Source of the DNA: Burkholderiales bacterium
Lineage (GTDB): Bacteria; Pseudomonadota; Gammaproteobacteria; Burkholderiales; WYBJ01
DNA length: 64,000 nt
NCBI GenBank assembly: GCA_022841915.1
Contig: JALHQN010000016.1
Location: 17,859-81,858 of the forward strand
Direction: 5' to 3'
Positions 49,124 through 59,251 of the stretch are shown here, piece after piece. A program made the position numbers and the translations under genes. Below the pieces are notes generated by a model. That model saw nothing but the letters and a program-made list of their open reading frames with translations, was not told the origin of the DNA and made no database searches. Positions within the stretch are counted from its first letter, which is position 1. The number at the start of each line of letters is the position of its first letter.

Positions 49124-50140
49124 ATGATCATGAACATCGAAAGAGTTTCCCATCCACGGATGCGGACCGTGTCTGCCTCGGCGACAGCATGCCTGCTTGC
49201 GACACTGTGCCTCCCAGCACTCCCGTCATTCGCCACCACGCCCTACCCGACCAAGCCCGTTCGCCTGGTGATCCCTTTCCCGCCAGGCGGATCGACCGAC
49301 TTCGTCGGGCGCATCATCGCACAGAAACTTTCCGAATCGCTCGGGCAGCAGGTCATCGCAGACAATCGCGGCGGCGCGGGAGCCGCCATCGGGACGGCAA
49401 TCGTGGCGCGCGCCATCCCGGATGGCTACACACTGCTTCTGGGCAGTTCGTCAGGGCTGGTAACCAATCCGCTGATGAACCCCAAGCTCCCCTACGATCC
49501 GTTCAAGGACTTCGACCCGATCATCCGGCTCAACCGCAATGCCCAGGCGCTGGCCGCGACACCGACGCTGCCGGCCAGTAACGTGAAGGAGCTGATTGCC
49601 CTCGCCAAGGCCCGCCCAGGCAAGCTCAACATCGCCTCGCCCGGCATAGGCTCTTCGAATCATGTCGGTGCCGAGATGTTCAAATACTTGTCCGGCGTCG
49701 ATATCGTGCATGTACCGTACAAGGGTTCGGGTGCAGCGACACTCGACCTCATGGCGGGCAACATCCAGTTGCAGCTCACCAGCCTCCCGACCGTCATGCC
49801 GCACTACAAGACAGGCAAACTGAAGATCCTCGGGGTGGGAAGCGCGCAGCGGTCGGCCCTGCTGCCCGAAGTGCCCACGATCGCCGAATCAGGCCTGCCG
49901 GGATACGACGACACCGTGTGGTTCGGTCTGTTCGCTCCCAAAGGCACTTCGGCCGGCGTCGTCTCGCGCATCAACGAACTCGCCACTAGCGCCCTCGCCA
50001 CCACCGAGGTGACCCAGCGCTTCCTCTCCCAGGGCGCGGAACCGTTCCCGAGCACGCCGGCGGAACTCACCCAATACATGCGTACCGAGCACGAACGCTG
50101 GGGGCGCGTGATCAAGGCAGCGAAGATCCGACTGGAGTGA
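49124..50140 (+). CDS. Bug-family (TctC-like) substrate-binding protein
   Basis: The hallmark sequence is YPTKPVRLVIPFPPGGSTDFVGR. The start could be ATG 49124, 49130 or 49160. Confidence 0.85.
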   Translation: MIMNIERVSHPRMRTVSASATACLLATLCLPALPSFATTPYPTKPVRLVIPFPPGGSTDFVGRIIAQKLSESLGQQVIADNRGGAGAAIGTAIVARAIPDGYTLLLGSSSGLVTNPLMNPKLPYDPFKDFDPIIRLNRNAQALAATPTLPASNVKELIALAKARPGKLNIASPGIGSSNHVGAEMFKYLSGVDIVHVPYKGSGAATLDLMAGNIQLQLTSLPTVMPHYKTGKLKILGVGSAQRSALLPEVPTIAESGLPGYDDTVWFGLFAPKGTSAGVVSRINELATSALATTEVTQRFLSQGAEPFPSTPAELTQYMRTEHERWGRVIKAAKIRLE

Positions 50141-50312
50141 CCAAACCGCAGAGGCCGCATGCCGCCCGACGAACGGCGACCGGCAACCGCTGCGACAGAT
50201 CATGGCCGCGCCCCCAGAACAGACCACCCGGAACCCCAACGCCGCCAGGGCTCGCGCCTGCGGTGGCATCGATGCTCCGGACCGACCGAGCCCGTCAACC
50301 TTGCATCTGCCC

Positions 50313-51293
50313 ATGAACATGCCGACATCCTTCCTCAGAGCGCTCCCCGTGCTTGTGCTGCTCGCCCCCATGGCGGCCGTCGCAGCGTCCCTCAACTATC
50401 CGTCCAAGCCCATACGGCTGATCGTGCCGTTCCCACCCGGCGGCGGCACGGACATCGTCGCACGCCTCGTTCAGGAGCGATTCTCTCAAGCGATCGGTCA
50501 GCAGGTGATCATCGACAATCGACCGGGTGCCAGCGGCATACTCGGCAGCGAGCTTACCGCCAGGGCGGCACCGGATGGCTACGTGCTCGGCATGGGCACC
50601 TCCAACACGCTGTCCGCGAATCCCAACATGTTTCCCAAGCTCTCCTACGATCCGAGACGCGACTTCGCCTTGGTCACGCAAATCGCGACTCAGCCGAACA
50701 TGCTCGCCGTCCATCCTTCGCTCCCCGTCCGGGACCTGAAAAGCCTACTGGCCCTGGCGCGTCAACGGCCCGGACAGCTCAATTACGCTTCATCCGGCAA
50801 CGGCAGTTCGCACCACATGTCGGGCGAGTTGCTGAAAATCCTGGGAAAGGTGGATGTCATGCATGTGCCTTACAAGGGCACGGGAACCGCGATCGCGGAC
50901 ACCATCGGCGGGCACATCGAGTTGGTATTCGCCGGCACCGCCGCATTGATGTCTCACGTCAAGGCCGGCAAACTGCGCCCGATCGGCGTCACCTCGGCCA
51001 AGCGCGTCGCCGCCTTGCCCGATATTCCGACCCTCGCCGAGGGCGGGCTTCCGGGCTACGAAATCACGGCTTGGCACGGCATGATCGCCCCCGCAGGAAC
51101 GCCAGCGGCGATCGTGAGCCGCGTGAGCGAAGCAGTGAGCAGCGTGCTGGCGCACGAAGACATCAGGAGCCGGTTTGCAGTCCTGGGTGCCGAGCCGGTC
51201 GGCTCGACACCCGAGGCGTTCACCCGATTCCTTCATGCCGACATCGAGCGTCTGGGCAAACTGATTCGCGCGGCCAACATCAAGGCCGACTAG
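50313..51293 (+). CDS. Bug-family (TctC-like) substrate-binding protein
   Basis: The signal peptide MNMPTSFLRALPVLVLLAPMAAVAA is followed by YPSKPIRLIVPFPPGGGTDIVAR. Confidence 0.9.
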   Translation: MNMPTSFLRALPVLVLLAPMAAVAASLNYPSKPIRLIVPFPPGGGTDIVARLVQERFSQAIGQQVIIDNRPGASGILGSELTARAAPDGYVLGMGTSNTLSANPNMFPKLSYDPRRDFALVTQIATQPNMLAVHPSLPVRDLKSLLALARQRPGQLNYASSGNGSSHHMSGELLKILGKVDVMHVPYKGTGTAIADTIGGHIELVFAGTAALMSHVKAGKLRPIGVTSAKRVAALPDIPTLAEGGLPGYEITAWHGMIAPAGTPAAIVSRVSEAVSSVLAHEDIRSRFAVLGAEPVGSTPEAFTRFLHADIERLGKLIRAANIKAD

Positions 51294-51384
51294 CCGCCCT
51301 GCTCGGGGAGGCGTAGCCGACAGCAATCGTCTCGAAAGACGCCTTTGCACGGGATCTCGAACTTCGAACGCTCGCCGATCGGGA

Positions 51385-52689
51385 TCACCCCTGAACGCCG
51401 AGTATCTCGAGCATGGCCAAGGCCAGCACTTTGGTGCCGGCCACCGACTTCTGCACCCGGATGTATTCATTGATCGGCGGCCAGCCGTCTTCGCCGGGAC
51501 CGAAGGTGACCGCGGGTATGCCACGCTCGGCGAAGCGGATCGTGTCGTTGAAGGCATTCTTCCGGTAGAGGATCGGTTCGTCGCCGAGCAGGCGGCGGTA
51601 AGCGTTGCGCAGCGCCAGCGCGGGCTGACGCTCCGGATCCTGCTCCTGGGTTCCCGATACGAACAATGCGCCGGGATAGGGCCGCACCGTGGCCGTCAAT
51701 CGGGGGTCGCCCGCTGCGCGCTGAGCGACCCAGGCGCGGACATCCGCGAGTACCGATTCCGCTGTCATTCCCGGCACCAGTCCGACCAGACCCAGGACCG
51801 CGCGACACCAGCCCGGCGTGAACTGCATCTCGCGCACCACACCGCCTTGGATCCTCAGCACCGTGGCTCGTGGCGGTGTGCCGCCGTACATCTTCGGCTT
51901 CGGGTGCGTGAGCTGCAGGGTCTCCACGCCGCTCAGAAGGCGGGTCATGTCCTCGACCGGGTTCACGGCAAGATCCGGACGCCACAGGTGGGACTGCACG
52001 CCCAGCAACTCAAGCTCGACCAGAAAGTGCCCGCTGTTCGCCAGCGCGAGCGACATGCCCCAACTCTCGTCCGGACGCGTCCATCCGGTCGGTTCGCACG
52101 TGATCTCGTAATCGGCGGTAAGGCCCTTCTCATCCAGCAGGTAGATGGAACCATCGGGGCCGTTCTTCTCTTCATCGACCGTGTAGACACATTTGAGCGT
52201 ACCCGCCGGACGCACGCCGGCTTCGAGCACTGCCTGCACGGCCAGCAGCGTGCAGGCGAGATTGCCGCGCGTGTCGGACGTGCCGCGAGCGAAGAGGAAA
52301 TCGTCCTTTCGCGTCGGCCGATACGGGTCGCCTCCCGTCTGCGTCCACAACGCGTGCTCGCCTGACGGGTAGGTATCCAGGTGATCGTTCAATATCAGAC
52401 TGGGCGACTGGGCCCCTTGCAGGATGCCGATGACGTTGGGTCGTCCCGGTCGCTTGGCATCGAGCGTCACCTCCAGCCCCATCGCGCGCAGCTTCTGCGC
52501 CACGACCAGCGAGATGCCTTCTTCACGACCCGGCGGCATATCGGGATCGAGCGGATTCTCGGCGTCCGGCTGTCCGGCGACGATCAGCTCTTGGGCCAGC
52601 GCCAGCCAGCGCTCTTCGGTGATGCCGGCAAAGATCTTCGCTTCGAGGGTGGCGTCGAGCGATACGGTGGGTGCGGAAGGTGCGTTCAT
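51385..52689 (-). CDS. M20-family metallopeptidase / ArgE-DapE-type deacylase
   Basis: ATG at 52689. Metal-ligand motifs are present (LNDHLDTYP, GTSDTRGN, DEEKNG). The long upstream part of the listed 693-aa ORF is Arg/Ala-rich antisense of the hydrolase gene. Confidence 0.8.
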   Translation of the reverse strand: MNAPSAPTVSLDATLEAKIFAGITEERWLALAQELIVAGQPDAENPLDPDMPPGREEGISLVVAQKLRAMGLEVTLDAKRPGRPNVIGILQGAQSPSLILNDHLDTYPSGEHALWTQTGGDPYRPTRKDDFLFARGTSDTRGNLACTLLAVQAVLEAGVRPAGTLKCVYTVDEEKNGPDGSIYLLDEKGLTADYEITCEPTGWTRPDESWGMSLALANSGHFLVELELLGVQSHLWRPDLAVNPVEDMTRLLSGVETLQLTHPKPKMYGGTPPRATVLRIQGGVVREMQFTPGWCRAVLGLVGLVPGMTAESVLADVRAWVAQRAAGDPRLTATVRPYPGALFVSGTQEQDPERQPALALRNAYRRLLGDEPILYRKNAFNDTIRFAERGIPAVTFGPGEDGWPPINEYIRVQKSVAGTKVLALAMLEILGVQG

Positions 52690-53618
52690 GCTGGACGACT
52701 CCGGTCTGGGATAGGGTGCAGTTCGTGCCCGGCCTCCTCGCGCAGAAGTGACAGAACACGCTGACAGAGACTGCCGCGAGGATTTGCGAGTTGTTCGAGG
52801 ATCGTGAAGTGGTCGGCCCCGGGCACGAGTTGAAGTTCCACTTCCCGGCTCTGCTCGCGCAGATACCCGGCATAGTCGACCGACTGGCGTACCAGTTCGG
52901 GAAGCTCGCCCGATCCCACGGCCACCACCGATCGGGCCGTCCCCGGCACGCGATGCACGGGCGATGCCGACCAGGCATCGTTCTCGGTGAGGGCCAGTGC
53001 CTCGTTCAGATAGCAAAGCCGGATCGGCTCGAGGTCGTAGATTCCGCTGATCATCAGCGCCCCGGCCAGGCCCTCGGCCTCCAGCGCCGTCGCCGCGAGA
53101 TGCCCGCCGGCCGAGTGACCGCATACGAGAAGTCGGGGCGCGGCATCGAAGCGTCCGGGCAGGTTGAGCAGGAGCCACCGCATCGCAGACTGCACCTCGA
53201 GGATCATGGCGCCGACACTTGCCTGCGGTGCGAGCGTGTACTCGATCATGGCGACGTTCACGCCGTGCGAGAGCAAGCCTTCCGCGACGAAGGCGTAGTT
53301 CTCCTTGTCGTTCCACTGCCAGTAGCCGCCGTGGATATAAGCTAGCGTGGGCCGCCCGGGGATCCCGCAAGCGAAAAAGTCCAGCCGCTGGCGCGATCCC
53401 GGACCGTAGCGGACGTCGCGCTCGCCGAGGGTCGCGCGCATCAGGCGCTCCCCTCGCTGCGACCAAGTGTCGCGCAGCGCCATGAAGCTCGGAAAGGCAC
53501 GGCGGTTGTCGTACGCGGCATCCAGTGTCGCGCGATCCATCCCGCGGTAGAGTGCGCCCGCGGATGCCGTCGGCGACAAGTCTTTGCCTTGCAGGGAAGT
53601 CTCGCTGAATTCGTTCAT
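52686..53618 (-). CDS. Alpha/beta hydrolase (fold-3 esterase / arylformamidase-like)
   Basis: The oxyanion motif HGGYW and the nucleophile elbow GHSAGGH are present. ATGA overlap with the M20 gene. Confidence 0.8.
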   Translation of the reverse strand: MNEFSETSLQGKDLSPTASAGALYRGMDRATLDAAYDNRRAFPSFMALRDTWSQRGERLMRATLGERDVRYGPGSRQRLDFFACGIPGRPTLAYIHGGYWQWNDKENYAFVAEGLLSHGVNVAMIEYTLAPQASVGAMILEVQSAMRWLLLNLPGRFDAAPRLLVCGHSAGGHLAATALEAEGLAGALMISGIYDLEPIRLCYLNEALALTENDAWSASPVHRVPGTARSVVAVGSGELPELVRQSVDYAGYLREQSREVELQLVPGADHFTILEQLANPRGSLCQRVLSLLREEAGHELHPIPDRSRPA

Positions 53619-53634
53619 GGTCGTCCTCTCACGG

Positions 53635-54426
53635 CTACCGCCGTCCCTCCCAATGCACCCAGCGACGCGAGAGCCATGCGAGTCCGCGGTCGCTCGCCAG
53701 ACCGACGATGCCGATGATGATCACGCCCGAGAAGACATACGTGGTGCGAAAAAAATTGCTCGCATCGAGCACGATGAATCCCAGCCCTCGATCGCCTCCG
53801 AGCAGTTCCGAGGCGACGAGAATGGACAGCGCCGTTCCCAGGGCCACCCGCAGACCCGTCATGATCTGAGGCAATGCGGCCGGCAGCACGACGTATCTGA
53901 AGACCTGGAATCTGTCGGCACCCAACGAAAGCGCAGCCCGCAGCGGATCGGCCGGACAAGCGCGTGCACCGGCCTGCGCGTTGACCATCGTGATGAGAAA
54001 AACCGAGGTCAGTATCAGGAGGATCTTGGACAGTTCACCGATCCCGAACCAGAGAATGAACAAAGGGATCAAGCCGAGCGGGGGGATCGGTCGGATCATC
54101 TCGGCCGGCACCACGAAGATCGCATCCACTTCCGCCACGCGCCCGCGCAACATGCCGACAAAGATCCCGAGCAGCGCGCCGACGAAAAAGGCCACCCCCA
54201 CCCGCATGAGGCTCGCTGCAACATGGACGTATAGGGGAATGCCCGAGTAGCCCGACACGACCATGTCGACGAAGCTCATCACGACCGCATCCGGTGGCGG
54301 GAGAATCACAGGCCGCACCCACCCATGGCGTGTCGCTGCGACCCACAGGAACAAGAGCGCAAGAGGCGACAGCGCCGCCAGCAACACGTACCGCAGACGC
54401 GCACGCCGCTGTCGGTTCTCGCTCAT
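53635..54426 (-). CDS. ABC transporter permease (NitT/TauT family)
   Basis: Six TM segments and an EAA-type loop (AALSLGADRFQVFRYVVLP) are present. It overlaps the ATPase gene by 4 nt. Confidence 0.85.
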   Translation of the reverse strand: MSENRQRRARLRYVLLAALSPLALLFLWVAATRHGWVRPVILPPPDAVVMSFVDMVVSGYSGIPLYVHVAASLMRVGVAFFVGALLGIFVGMLRGRVAEVDAIFVVPAEMIRPIPPLGLIPLFILWFGIGELSKILLILTSVFLITMVNAQAGARACPADPLRAALSLGADRFQVFRYVVLPAALPQIMTGLRVALGTALSILVASELLGGDRGLGFIVLDASNFFRTTYVFSGVIIIGIVGLASDRGLAWLSRRWVHWEGRR

Positions 54427-55199
54427 GCGGCGGATCCCGCCGGCTGGCGCATGGCGCGATAGATGCGCTCGCGCACGGCAAGAAACTCCGGGTGCAGCCG
54501 GTTATCGCTACCATCGCGCGGCTGCGGCAGATTCACCGCGAACTCCTCGAACGCACCCAGGCCGCCTTTGAGCATCAGAAAGATCCGGTCGCCCAGGAAC
54601 ACCGCCTCGTCGATGCTGTGCGTGACGAAGACGATGGTGCATCCGGTCTGCGCCTGTATGCGCAGGATTTCCTCCTGCAAGGTTTCCCGAGTCTGCACGT
54701 CGACCGCCGCGAACGGCTCGTCCATGAGCATGACACGAGGATTCGCCGCCAGCACCCGAGCCAAGCCGCACCGCTGACGCATGCCGCCCGACAGCTGATA
54801 CGGATAGCGATCTTCGGTGCCCGTGAGCCCCACCAGCGCAGCCATGCGGTCGGCGACTTCGAGTTGCTCCCGGCGGGGCCGCCCGGCGCAGCGCAGATGA
54901 AACGCGATGTTCTCGCGCACCGTCATCCAGTCGAACAGCGCGTACGACTGAAACACGACCCCTCGGTCCGGGCCCGGCCCGGCGATCTCCCGGCCCGAGA
55001 TCAATGCGATGCCGGCACTCGGCTGCAGAAAGCCCGCAACGATATTGAGCATCGTGGTCTTGCCGCAGCCGGACGGCCCGAGCACGGCGACGATCTCGCC
55101 TCGCTTGATCGAGAACGAGAGCTCCGAGAGCACGCGCTGTCCGCCATAGTCCAGGCTGACCCGATCGAACTGCAGGACCACCTCAGGAGCGCTCGTCAT
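54423..55199 (-). CDS. ABC transporter ATP-binding protein (NitT/TauT family)
   Basis: Walker A GPSGCGKTT, signature LSGGMRQRCGLARVL and Walker B VMLMDEPFAAVD are present. Confidence 0.9.
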   Translation of the reverse strand: MTSAPEVVLQFDRVSLDYGGQRVLSELSFSIKRGEIVAVLGPSGCGKTTMLNIVAGFLQPSAGIALISGREIAGPGPDRGVVFQSYALFDWMTVRENIAFHLRCAGRPRREQLEVADRMAALVGLTGTEDRYPYQLSGGMRQRCGLARVLAANPRVMLMDEPFAAVDVQTRETLQEEILRIQAQTGCTIVFVTHSIDEAVFLGDRIFLMLKGGLGAFEEFAVNLPQPRDGSDNRLHPEFLAVRERIYRAMRQPAGSAA

Positions 55200-55235
55200 T
55201 GCGCAAATTCCACGCTCGTCCTTCGCGCCGTGCCC

Positions 55236-56252
55236 CTACCGTTTCTCGGCTGCCAGCACGTCCTGAAGCGGACGCGTATTGAAGAGGCGCGACCAGTCTG
55301 CCGGCGGCGCCGAGATCCGCTTCTCCCCGACGAGGAATGCGCCGATCCCCTGAAGATGCTTCATCAGCCGTGAATCAAGCTCCCGGCCCGGAGGCCCCAT
55401 GAACTCCGCCGTCAGCAGCGCCTCGAAGCTCGGGTGACTGGCCGACTGCCGCTCGATCAGGGCATCGAACTGCTCCGGCGTCTGATTGACCCGCTTGGCC
55501 TCGAACTGGCGCACGGCGCGTGCATCCTTCGCATACGCCGCCTGAGCTTCGCGCCAGGCCTTCAGAAAGGACTGCAGCGCCTGCGGACTGGTCTTGGACA
55601 GCGACTGCTGCGCGACCCAGATGCCGCCCGTCAACGTGCCGATGCTGCGCGTGGTCGCGATCACGCGACCGCCCGAGGCCTCGATGACGCCGATGTTGGG
55701 CTCCCAGGTGAAGGCCGCATCGATCTGCCCGGCCGCGTAGGCGGGAGGCATGTTGGCTGGCGACAGATTCACCAAAGTGATGTCCCCTTGCTTCAGACCG
55801 GCCTGTGTGAGTGCGCGCAACAAGTGATTGTGGCTGGTCGAGCCGACCGAGGCGCCCACGCGCTTGCCCTTGAGTTCGGCGACCTTCGTCACGCCGGAAG
55901 CCGGATTGACCACAAGGCGCACGTTGGTGAAGTCGAGCCGCTCCATCATGATGATCTCGATCGGCATGCCGTTCGAGTAGCCAGTGACAGCGGGCACCTC
56001 GCCCATCCAGGCCATGTCGATCTCGTTGGCCGCCAGCGCGGGCAGCATGGCAGGGCCGGCAGGAAACGGAATCAGGCGCAGGTTCAGATTGTGTTTCTCG
56101 AACAGCTTGGTGTTGATCGCGTACATGAGCAACACATTGATCTCGCCGCTTTGAAAACCGACGCGCAGCGGCGTGCTCTGAGCGTGTGCAATTGGCGTGA
56201 TCGCAAAGAACGTGGTCACTGCGAGTATGGCTGAAGCAAGCATCCTGAGCAT
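55236..56252 (-). CDS. ABC transporter substrate-binding protein (NMT1/THI5-like, SsuA/TauA-type)
   Basis: A signal peptide ending in AHA-QS and an NMT1-like fold pattern are present. It is the first gene of the binding protein-ATPase-permease unit. Confidence 0.8.
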   Translation of the reverse strand: MLRMLASAILAVTTFFAITPIAHAQSTPLRVGFQSGEINVLLMYAINTKLFEKHNLNLRLIPFPAGPAMLPALAANEIDMAWMGEVPAVTGYSNGMPIEIIMMERLDFTNVRLVVNPASGVTKVAELKGKRVGASVGSTSHNHLLRALTQAGLKQGDITLVNLSPANMPPAYAAGQIDAAFTWEPNIGVIEASGGRVIATTRSIGTLTGGIWVAQQSLSKTSPQALQSFLKAWREAQAAYAKDARAVRQFEAKRVNQTPEQFDALIERQSASHPSFEALLTAEFMGPPGRELDSRLMKHLQGIGAFLVGEKRISAPPADWSRLFNTRPLQDVLAAEKR

Positions 56253-56521
56253 GGCGGTCGCCCTCGTGTCGACAGAGAACCTGTCATTACAGCGTCTCGA
56301 AGCAAGGGACATACCACACGCGCTCCAGACGCATCGAGAGCGAACTAATCACCGCATCCCACTGCCGCGCACCCCGCCGTAGTGCATCAGCGCGGCCCGA
56401 TGCTCCAGGACCGTGCGGCTGTCGACCGCGCTCCGCTGGAGAAGCGCCGCCGCTTCCAATGGCATGGACCTTGCTAAAACTCGCGGGCCGATAACCTGTC
56501 ATGACAGCACGAGGATCGAGG

Positions 56522-57313
56522 ATGCTTGCAGTCGCTCACAATTCACCGCCGCTCTATGCCCGAGTGCGCGACAGCTTGCGCGCGGAGATCCACGCAGGCC
56601 GATATGTCGATGGCGGTCCGATGCCTTCGGAGGCTGTGCTGGGCCAGCGCTTCAACGTCAGTCGCATCACCGTGCGCCAGGCCCTGAGCGATCTGCAGAG
56701 CGAAGGCCTGATCTACAAGGTCAACGGCAAAGGCTCCTATGTCGACGCGCCGAAAGTGCAGCAAAGCCTGCAGCGGCTGGAGGGCTTCGGCGAAGCGATG
56801 TCTCGCCTCGGCTTCGAGAGCACCAACCGGGTAATTCGAAAGCGCACGGTCCCGGTACCTGCAGCCGTGGCGCCGCGGCTCGCGCTGCCCCCCGGCAAGC
56901 CTGTCACCGAACTGGTCTGGCTGCGGGCCCTGGATGGCGCGCCCTTCTGCTACGAGATCTCCTATCTGCCTCTCGACATCGGGGCCTTGCTGCCGGCAGC
57001 GAAGTTGGCAAATCGCGACATGTTCGCGATTCTCGAACAGGACCACGGCTTTCGCCTGGGCAATGCCGAGGTGAGCATCGGTGCGGTGCTGGCCAACCGC
57101 ACCCATGCTCGCCATCTTCGCACGCGCATCGATCAGCCCTGCCTTCGCATCGAGCGCCTCACCCGTTTGCAGAGCAATCGGCCGATCAACTTCGACTATC
57201 TGACTTTCCGGGGCGACGCATTCCAGTACCGTCTGACCATCGAACGCCAGTACGTCGGATTGAACGAGTCGACCCAGGCGAGTACCCCGAGAGTTGCGCG
57301 CCGCGCAGCTTAG
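56522..57313 (+). CDS. GntR-family (HutC/UTRA subfamily) transcriptional regulator
   Basis: The winged HTH reads LPSEAVLGQRFNVSRITVRQALSDLQSEGLIYKVNGKGSYV, followed by a UTRA-like C-domain. It is divergent from the ABC operon. ATG 56501 is an alternative start. Confidence 0.85.
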   Translation: MLAVAHNSPPLYARVRDSLRAEIHAGRYVDGGPMPSEAVLGQRFNVSRITVRQALSDLQSEGLIYKVNGKGSYVDAPKVQQSLQRLEGFGEAMSRLGFESTNRVIRKRTVPVPAAVAPRLALPPGKPVTELVWLRALDGAPFCYEISYLPLDIGALLPAAKLANRDMFAILEQDHGFRLGNAEVSIGAVLANRTHARHLRTRIDQPCLRIERLTRLQSNRPINFDYLTFRGDAFQYRLTIERQYVGLNESTQASTPRVARRAA

Positions 57314-57341
57314 CGTATCGACTCACCACCAGGAGATGGTC

Positions 57342-58334
57342 ATGAATGCAGGATCAGTACTTCTCAAGCAGGTATCGCTGTGCGCCCTTGCGGCGCTAGG
57401 CTTGCTCTTCGCAGCGAGTGCGCTCGCGCAACAACCAGCGACGGTTCGACTGGCGCAGAACCTGTCTCCGATCTCCGGAGTAGCCATCGTCGCCAAGCAG
57501 CGCGGTTTCTTCGACAAGCACGGCCTGGAGGTCGCCGTGAGCAATTTCACCACGGGGCGTCAGGCGCTCGAAGCAGTCATGGCCGGCGGCGCCGACATCT
57601 CGACCGTCGCCGAGGCCCCCATTACGGCCGGCGCGATGGCCAAGCAGCGCATGGCGCTGCTGGCGCGAATCAACTTTTCCGATGTGAAGACGCTCACCGA
57701 CACTTCGGATCGGATCGCCAAGGCGTCCGATCTGAAAGGAAAGCGCATCGGCTATGCAGCGGGAACCGGCAGCGAGGTCTATACGATGACGCTGCTCAAG
57801 CAAGGCGGCCTGACGCCTGCAGACGTGACCCTGGTCAATCTGCGTCCGCAAGACATGGTGTCGGCGATCGTCAAGGGCAGCATCGATGCCATGAACATCT
57901 GGGAGCCGCACATCTCCAATGCCCGCAAGCTCCTCGGCGAGAAGGCCCGCGAACTCGACACCAAGGGCGTCTACGCGGAGACGTTCAACATCGTCACCAC
58001 GCAGGACTACCTCAGCAAGAACCCGGCGCCGGTCCAAAGGTTCCTGCGCGCGCTGATCGATGCCCATCAATGGATCCGAGCCAATCCCGACCAGGCCATC
58101 ACGGTGATCGCCGAAACCGTCGGCATGAAGCGAGACGACTTCGCGCCGCTGTGGGGCGACTACAACTACGATGTCGTGCTCGATGAGCAGGTCTTCGCCG
58201 TGCTGCGCACGCACGCTCAGTGGCGCCTCGACACGAAGAACGCCCCGTCCGGCGCCACCATGCCGGATTTCCGCAGCGTGGTCTTCCCCGAGCCGCTGCG
58301 GTCCATCGCACCGGACCGGGTTCGCATCAAGTAG
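57342..58334 (+). CDS. ABC transporter substrate-binding protein (NMT1-like), second system
   Basis: ATG lies 6 nt after an AGGAG SD. The signal peptide ends in ALA-QQ and the body is NMT1/SsuA-like. Confidence 0.8.
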   Translation: MNAGSVLLKQVSLCALAALGLLFAASALAQQPATVRLAQNLSPISGVAIVAKQRGFFDKHGLEVAVSNFTTGRQALEAVMAGGADISTVAEAPITAGAMAKQRMALLARINFSDVKTLTDTSDRIAKASDLKGKRIGYAAGTGSEVYTMTLLKQGGLTPADVTLVNLRPQDMVSAIVKGSIDAMNIWEPHISNARKLLGEKARELDTKGVYAETFNIVTTQDYLSKNPAPVQRFLRALIDAHQWIRANPDQAITVIAETVGMKRDDFAPLWGDYNYDVVLDEQVFAVLRTHAQWRLDTKNAPSGATMPDFRSVVFPEPLRSIAPDRVRIK

Positions 58335-58350
58335 TCACGGGAACCCGGGC

Positions 58351-59118
58351 GTGATCGGATTCGAGCAGAACCCGCGTGCCGTTCTCGTAGCGCGCCTCGC
58401 ATCGGTGCCGGTCTTCCTGCTCGCCTGGGAACTCATCGTCCGCTCCGGCATCGTCAATGCCGCCCTGTTCCCGCCGCCGTCGGCGGTCGCACTCGCACTC
58501 GTGGCGTACGCGTCAGACGGCCCTTTGTTGCTCGATTTGGCCTGGAGCGTATCCCGCGTCGCCGTCGGATTCTTCAGCGGCGTCGCGGCCGGCATTCTGC
58601 TCGGCATCCTGACCGGAACCTTTCCCGTGGTCTCCGGCGCACTGGCCCCCATCTTCCAGATGCTGCGCCCGATACCCCCGATCGCCTTCGTGCCGATCGT
58701 GATCGTCTGGTTCGGGCTGACCGAGCTGGGCAAATGGTTCCTCGTCTTCTGGGGCGTGTTTTTTACCGTTTGGATGTCCGCCCATCTCGGTGTTCAGCGC
58801 GTCGGCGAAACCCTGCTACGCGCAGCCCTTTCGCTCGGCACGAGTCAGCGCAACCTGCTGCTGGCGGTCGTTCTCCCTGCCTCGCTACCGGTGATCTTCG
58901 TCGGCGTGCGCACAGCGGTGGGCATCTCTTTCTACACGCTGGTGGCCGCCGAACTGGCCGGCGCATCCTTCGGCATCGCCTATCGACTGGAGGTCTCGCA
59001 GCAGAACATGCAGGTGGCCCAGATGATGGCAGGGCTCGTGATGCTCGGACTGATCTCGTTCACCGCCGATCAACTCTTCGGGAAGTTGTCCCGACGCATC
59101 GTTCACTGGAAGGAATGA
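58351..59118 (+). CDS. ABC transporter permease (NitT/TauT family), second system
   Basis: GTG start. The TM-rich protein carries the EAA loop AALSLGTSQRNLLLAVVLP. No cognate ATPase gene follows. Confidence 0.8.
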   Translation: MIGFEQNPRAVLVARLASVPVFLLAWELIVRSGIVNAALFPPPSAVALALVAYASDGPLLLDLAWSVSRVAVGFFSGVAAGILLGILTGTFPVVSGALAPIFQMLRPIPPIAFVPIVIVWFGLTELGKWFLVFWGVFFTVWMSAHLGVQRVGETLLRAALSLGTSQRNLLLAVVLPASLPVIFVGVRTAVGISFYTLVAAELAGASFGIAYRLEVSQQNMQVAQMMAGLVMLGLISFTADQLFGKLSRRIVHWKE

Positions 59119-59251
59119 CCATTCAGAGCGCAGCCCTTGCTGATCGCGCATTCGCAGCGCGTTTGCTTACTCGGTTCAGCCACCTCTCGCCCCAGCAGTG
59201 CGTTGACGCCGCACGCGTCCCCATCAATGCCGACAGTGCCCGGATCGATCG

